Source: an uncultured Flavobacteriales bacterium
GTDB lineage: Bacteria; Bacteroidota; Bacteroidia; Flavobacteriales; UBA7312
Direction: 5' to 3'
NCBI GenBank assembly: GCA_964004705.1
Contig: CAXFOQ010000002.1
Span: forward strand, 1,971-65,970
Length of the DNA: 64,000 nt
Under the pieces are notes generated by a model. That model saw nothing but the letters and a program-made list of their open reading frames with translations. It was not told the origin of the DNA and did not search any database. Shown here in pieces: positions 59,491 through 64,000 of this stretch; the first letter of the stretch is position 1, and the number at the start of each line of letters is the position of its first letter. The position numbers and the translations under genes were made by a program.

Positions 59491-62400
59491 CTAAAAGTTA
59501 ATTTCTATACCTAAGCGTGCCATTCTTGGCAAGCTGTAATTCGATGGATTGTTAATTTTCATCATATACATATCTCTGAATGATTGTGGATCATTCTGAG
59601 CATTAATATCTGTTTGAGCTGATGCATCAGATAGATAACCATCATCATCAGGATTTCCAGTTGCCCGATAAACCGATCTAACATTCTTAGTGTTTAAGAG
59701 GTTTTGTACCTGTAAATAGATGTTGAAACCTAATTTCTTTTTATCATCTAGTTGACCAACATCAAGTGAGAATCTTTTATTGATTTTAGTGTTTATCCTA
59801 ACTGTCCATGGATTTCGTGAACCGTTCAGACTTCCCTCTAAAGTAGATCGCTGGTTTATCCCAAAAGCACCATCTTGTGTAATATTAGATTGTCTTGAAT
59901 ATGGCGTACCTGATCCAGCAATAATTATGAAATTAGCACCAGAATTAGCTAAAACTTGCTTATTAAACCAAACCGGTCCATTGTAGTCTTTACCGCTATC
60001 AAATCTGTAATCCATACTTAAATTGAAAGCATGTCTTTGATCATAACTTAAAGGTATTGTTGTCCTCAAGTTTGGTTGCCCTGTATTTACTAAGCTCAAA
60101 GCTGAAGATGATGATGAACCTGTACCATTTGCAAATTGCAGTGTATAGTTAGCTGACATAGATACATTTCCACTTCTTCTCATTTCATACAAAGCTGAAA
60201 AACCTTTAACTGTACTAAAGTCAATGTTTCCATAAGTCAAATATGAAACTGGATATGAATAATTTGTCTTAACAACTTGTATCATATCTCTTAACTCTCT
60301 GTAAAATGCAGACAGTGTTAATGATGAGTTTAAATTTAGAGTTTGAGCAAATCCTAATTCAAAGTCAACTGTTTTTTCTGATTTCAAATTAGGATTCTGA
60401 ACAAATGCATTTACCGTTTCAGCCAAGTATAAATAACTAATAGGGTTTAACCTATTTCCTGTGGGAGGTCTTTGAGTTAAAACATCGTAATGAGCAAAGA
60501 ATTGCGCCTCATCAGAAATTGGAAAGGAGAACGAAATTCTTGGAGAAAAATCAGTTTGAGGTTCAAAATCTTTAAAGACTGGAATACTATCCTCAGAGTT
60601 TACAAGATATGGAGTAATTTGACCTGTTGTTGAAGCTTGAGCTAATATTTTAGGGTCATTGATAGCCTCGCCGTTCTCATCAAACCAATCTTGACCAGAA
60701 CGATAACCTACTACTTCAGTAGGATTATCTAAATCATTCACATAAACTACATAGTCATCACCAATTCCTGCTGGTCTAGTATAATCACCGCTAAGTAAAG
60801 ATACATTTGAACTTGCAGTATATGTATCATACAAGCAATATTCATCTGCTAAAACAGATTGGTTAGCATCATATCGATCTACCCTCAAGCCTATACTAAA
60901 AATTAAATCGTCAAAAGCAAATTTATCTTGTATATAACCTGCAGTATAGATAGGTTCAAAAGCACCAATATTTCTTGTGAAATCTTCTTTGTCATTTGTT
61001 TCAGTAAAGAAATCTTCGATAGATGCGGCAGAATTCAATTCGTCACCTTTATAGTCATATCCATAATAAGAAACCAAACCATTTTCGTTTAATTCATCTG
61101 CACTAAACATATCAATAGATAATTGATCAGGGTCATACGAATCTATATCAATAAACTCATCGGGAGCAATATTATATTTCTCCCTCAAATTAGCGTCAAA
61201 ACGAGATTGGGCATTTGTATTAACTAAACGATCATAGTACACTTGGTCATAGGTACCCAAAGCATTGAATTGTGGATTGGCTAGGTCTAATTCTAAAATA
61301 TGGAAATTAGTTAATTGTCTTGCAAGACCCCAGAGCGAGTTTGGAGCAACAAACCAACTTCTATCTGTTCTTTTCTCATATTCAAATCCAAATTGAATAG
61401 CATGATCCTTTATATCAGCCGAACCATTTGCCCTAATGGAGAATTGTTCAGCCTGTTGTTTTCCGTAAGAACCATACTGATCACCGTAATTATAATACAG
61501 TGAATATACATTTCTAGGTCCTTGACCATTTAGTAGCCCTAGCTCTCCCAAATCATTAGCTGTTCTTATGACACCTCTATTTCCACTACCTCCAAAAGAT
61601 AAACTTTGCAGCTCGTTTTCTCTAAACATGTCATAATATTGTTGAGTGTAAGCTGCTAAATCAGGATTAGATGAATTACTACCATCAAAAGTCATTAGGG
61701 TATCAATGAAACCTCTATGAATAAATCCACTTACACCACTTGCTGTATCTTCTCCAAAGGTGTAGAATCTTTCTTTATAAGTATTGAATTTACCCACGTG
61801 ACCATATCTGAATAACTCTTGACCATGATTTGGATTTCTTCTTTCAAAATCATTTCTTGTGTAATCTACAGTAATATTATAGTAAGCATTTTTGATATTA
61901 GAAGCAGACTCATCATCACCTTCTTGAGCACCAAATCGTTGTGTAAATCTTGCATATGTTCTCCATGTATTTCTTTCCTCTTCAGAATTATTTTGCCAAT
62001 TCAGTAAAGAATAAGTATAAACAAAAGGATGGTCAACTGAATGACTTACTGCTCCACCCAATGTTAGATTCGTTTTAAGAGTAGGTTTGAAGTCTAACTT
62101 TCCAGATAAATTAAATCCACTTAGGTTTGTATTCATTTTAGCTTGAACATTTTCAAAATCATCAGCTCTTAAAAAAGTAGCATTACTCAATAAACCAATT
62201 GATGAAGATTGTTGATTAGGTACAGCTACAAAAAGATTTTCTTTCAAATCTTCTAGTTTGTTATCCTTAATTTTCCAAACTCCTACTGCTGAAGGACTAG
62301 GGTCATCGATGTTTCTAAATTCACCTGCAAGGAAGTAACCTAAGATAGCTCTTCCTTTAGAACCATCTTCTTTAATCTCCTTGTAGATTGGACCTGAAAG

Positions 62401-63153
62401 ACCAAAACCAAGTAATCCATAATTATAACTATCAAATATGTGCGATGATACAACTTCAGCACCACCATATAATTGATTGGATGGGCCTTTTGATGTTACA
62501 CTGATAATACCACCTGTAGCATCACCATACATAGCAGATAAACCACTTGACATAACTGTTATTTGTTCAATTGCACTCTGCGGCAAAGCTAAACTTCCTC
62601 GAACCTTGACCCCATCTACATAATAATCTGTAGCCTCAGATCGAGAGCCTCTAACATTAACAGAAGATCCTTCATCAGACTGGTATACACCAGCTGCAGT
62701 TGCAGCAACAGAGGTAACACTTCGAGTGGGCATAGAACGAATTTCTTCACTAGTTACCGTTTTACCTCCTAAATTGTCGGGGTCTAATAGTGGTTTTTCA
62801 TCTTTAATAACTACTTCTTCAATATCAATACCCTCAGATAATTGAACATCTCTAAATGTAATTTTATTTGAAGAAACTACAATACCTTCAAGAGTCACTT
62901 GACCATATCCCACAAAGGATACGATTAAGTCGTAAGTGCCAGGATCAAGTGGCTTGATTGTATAATTACCATCAAAATCAGTTGTAACACCTGCAATTTG
63001 ATTGCCATTTCTTTCAGCAACAACATTTGCAAAGGGTACAGTTTCACCAGTGTTTTTATCAGTAATTTTTCCTTCTAAGGAGCCTGACTGCGCGAAGATA
63101 GATGAGCTTGTAAAAATCAAGCCTACTATAAGCAAGTATAATTTATTGAACAT
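59491..63153 (-). CDS. Oversized (1220 aa) TonB-dependent-receptor-like barrel with N-terminal CarboxypepD_reg-like domain
   Basis: Signal peptide, then a GSLEGKITDKNTGETVPFANVV...DFDGNYTIKPLDPGTYDLIVSFVGY beta-sandwich. A plug-like segment follows (EEIRSMPTRSVTSVAATAAGV...VNVRGSRSEATDYYVDGVKVRG...MYGDATGGIISVTSKG). The long barrel ends ...ARLGIEINF. Confidence 0.82.
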   Translation of the reverse strand: MFNKLYLLIVGLIFTSSSIFAQSGSLEGKITDKNTGETVPFANVVAERNGNQIAGVTTDFDGNYTIKPLDPGTYDLIVSFVGYGQVTLEGIVVSSNKITFRDVQLSEGIDIEEVVIKDEKPLLDPDNLGGKTVTSEEIRSMPTRSVTSVAATAAGVYQSDEGSSVNVRGSRSEATDYYVDGVKVRGSLALPQSAIEQITVMSSGLSAMYGDATGGIISVTSKGPSNQLYGGAEVVSSHIFDSYNYGLLGFGLSGPIYKEIKEDGSKGRAILGYFLAGEFRNIDDPSPSAVGVWKIKDNKLEDLKENLFVAVPNQQSSSIGLLSNATFLRADDFENVQAKMNTNLSGFNLSGKLDFKPTLKTNLTLGGAVSHSVDHPFVYTYSLLNWQNNSEEERNTWRTYARFTQRFGAQEGDDESASNIKNAYYNITVDYTRNDFERRNPNHGQELFRYGHVGKFNTYKERFYTFGEDTASGVSGFIHRGFIDTLMTFDGSNSSNPDLAAYTQQYYDMFRENELQSLSFGGSGNRGVIRTANDLGELGLLNGQGPRNVYSLYYNYGDQYGSYGKQQAEQFSIRANGSADIKDHAIQFGFEYEKRTDRSWFVAPNSLWGLARQLTNFHILELDLANPQFNALGTYDQVYYDRLVNTNAQSRFDANLREKYNIAPDEFIDIDSYDPDQLSIDMFSADELNENGLVSYYGYDYKGDELNSAASIEDFFTETNDKEDFTRNIGAFEPIYTAGYIQDKFAFDDLIFSIGLRVDRYDANQSVLADEYCLYDTYTASSNVSLLSGDYTRPAGIGDDYVVYVNDLDNPTEVVGYRSGQDWFDENGEAINDPKILAQASTTGQITPYLVNSEDSIPVFKDFEPQTDFSPRISFSFPISDEAQFFAHYDVLTQRPPTGNRLNPISYLYLAETVNAFVQNPNLKSEKTVDFELGFAQTLNLNSSLTLSAFYRELRDMIQVVKTNYSYPVSYLTYGNIDFSTVKGFSALYEMRRSGNVSMSANYTLQFANGTGSSSSSALSLVNTGQPNLRTTIPLSYDQRHAFNLSMDYRFDSGKDYNGPVWFNKQVLANSGANFIIIAGSGTPYSRQSNITQDGAFGINQRSTLEGSLNGSRNPWTVRINTKINKRFSLDVGQLDDKKKLGFNIYLQVQNLLNTKNVRSVYRATGNPDDDGYLSDASAQTDINAQNDPQSFRDMYMMKINNPSNYSLPRMARLGIEINF

Positions 63154-63281
63154 AGTTTTATAAAATTCTATTCATATTCTGCTTAACAAAAGTTTGTAAA
63201 TATAGAAATTAAATGATGATTATCTAATAAGTTGTGCTAAAAAATTTGTACTCTTACAACATGAATCAGACCTCATTTTAA

Positions 63282-63689
63282 TTGAATAAATATTTAACAT
63301 TATTATTAATTATAATTTTTTCATCATGTACAAAAGATGATAATATTATTCCTGATGTTCCGGTCAGTTTTAGAATACAAGCCTCCGAATTAGGCGGCGT
63401 CGGAAGCGCCGTTTATACTCAAGAGATTTATGGTATTAGAGGAATAATAATATATCATAAAAATATTAATGAATACGTTGCTTATGAAAGAGCATGCTCT
63501 TTCAGACCTAGCAATGATTGTGAGGTAATTCAGTTAAATGATGAGATAAATCCTAGTTTTTTGACGGATAGCTGTTGTAACTCCAATTTTTTACTTGAAG
63601 ATGGCACCCCATTTAGTGGTCCTGCACTAGTGCCATTGAAACAATACTACACTAATTTTGACGGCACTTACATTTATATTTCTAACTAG
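63282..63689 (+). CDS. Small lipoprotein with a Rieske-fold-like core lacking the His ligands
   Basis: Lipobox LLLIIIFSSC. The core ...GIIIYHKNINEYVAYERACSFRP...DSCCNSNFLLEDGTPFSGPALVPLKQY... parallels the Rieske pattern A...CPH...CP.HGS.F....G....GPA..PL..Y, but with C-S-F and C-C-N-S-N-F. TTG start (the upstream ATG frame is closed). Confidence 0.45.
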   Translation: MNKYLTLLLIIIFSSCTKDDNIIPDVPVSFRIQASELGGVGSAVYTQEIYGIRGIIIYHKNINEYVAYERACSFRPSNDCEVIQLNDEINPSFLTDSCCNSNFLLEDGTPFSGPALVPLKQYYTNFDGTYIYISN

Positions 63690-64000
63690 TTAAGTAAGAC
63701 AGGCTTTATCAATTGATGTCCTTTAGTATACATCTTTAGCATATAAGTACCCCTTTCTAAATATTGTACGTCAAGACGATTTATGTCGCCCAATAATTGT
63801 TGACTAAGTACTTTACGGCCTTGCATATCAAATAACTCAATAAGATAAATTGACTGATCACCTTCAATCATAACATCCAAATAATTCGAAGCTGGATTAG
63901 GATAAACTGATAGCTTATTTTGATTATAATTATTAAGAGACAAAGGACTAAAAAACACTTCGTTAGAATTATATTTACAGCCCCATTGATCAAGTAAAAG
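63686..64000 (-). CDS. C-terminal end of a larger T9SS type A cargo protein (start lies beyond the right edge)
   Basis: LSVYPNPASNYLDVMIEGD..IYLIELFDMQGRKVLSQQL...LERGTYMLKMY is a Por_Secre_tail pattern. The reading frame stays open to position 64000. Confidence 0.8.
   Translation of the reverse strand, partial: LLLDQWGCKYNSNEVFFSPLSLNNYNQNKLSVYPNPASNYLDVMIEGDQSIYLIELFDMQGRKVLSQQLLGDINRLDVQYLERGTYMLKMYTKGHQLIKPVLLN

Overview
AT-rich, almost gap-free chromosomal segment. Gene content and signal types point to Bacteroidota, most likely an aquatic or marine Flavobacteriales. The evidence is T9SS type A and type B C-terminal sorting domains, SprB repeats, CarboxypepD_reg-type TonB-dependent receptors, TTG/TAnnTTTG promoter boxes, and no Shine-Dalgarno sequences. 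All family assignments were made by eye from the ORF translations and my own reverse-strand reading; no searches were run. The left ~9 kb (minus strand) is a classical translation island: rpoB 5' part, rplL-rplJ-rplA-rplK, nusG, secE, tRNA-Trp, tuf, tRNA Thr-Gly-Tyr-Thr, hpf, a xerC/D-like recombinase, rpsU. The middle carries housekeeping genes: acyl-CoA dehydrogenase, apt, Ala/Gly:cation symporter, pyrF, prfA, PurM-like, type II glutamine synthetase, tatA, secDF, mdh, gyrB, ftsE-like, murB, ruvC, HIT, greA, tRNA-Leu. Interleaved with these are envelope genes: two TonB-type receptors, an OmpA/TolB-like fusion, a TPR protein plus putative porin, glycosyltransferases, and at least five proteins with T9SS sorting domains. 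The best candidate for an undescribed system is a tight three-gene outer-membrane operon at 54.3-63.2 kb. It encodes an oversized 1220-aa CarboxypepD_reg/Plug barrel, a 1373-aa secreted protein of unknown function with a T9SS/FlgD-Ig-like C-terminal domain, and a PorV/PorQ-like barrel. Secondary items:
- a 1312-aa mosaic T9SS protein with two Kazal-like domains, seven copies of a GCTD..NYNP..DDGSC cysteine motif and a 477-nt internal tandem duplication;
- a translationally coupled flippase-like/GT2/orphan OppC-like permease operon;
- an overlapping TPR-giant plus porin pair;
- a Rieske-fold-like lipoprotein lacking the His ligands;
- an unlisted 48-aa PspC-domain ORF;
- a 12-nt motif shared by the rplK and rplL leaders.
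I saw no CRISPR array, IS element, prophage or recognisable defence gene.
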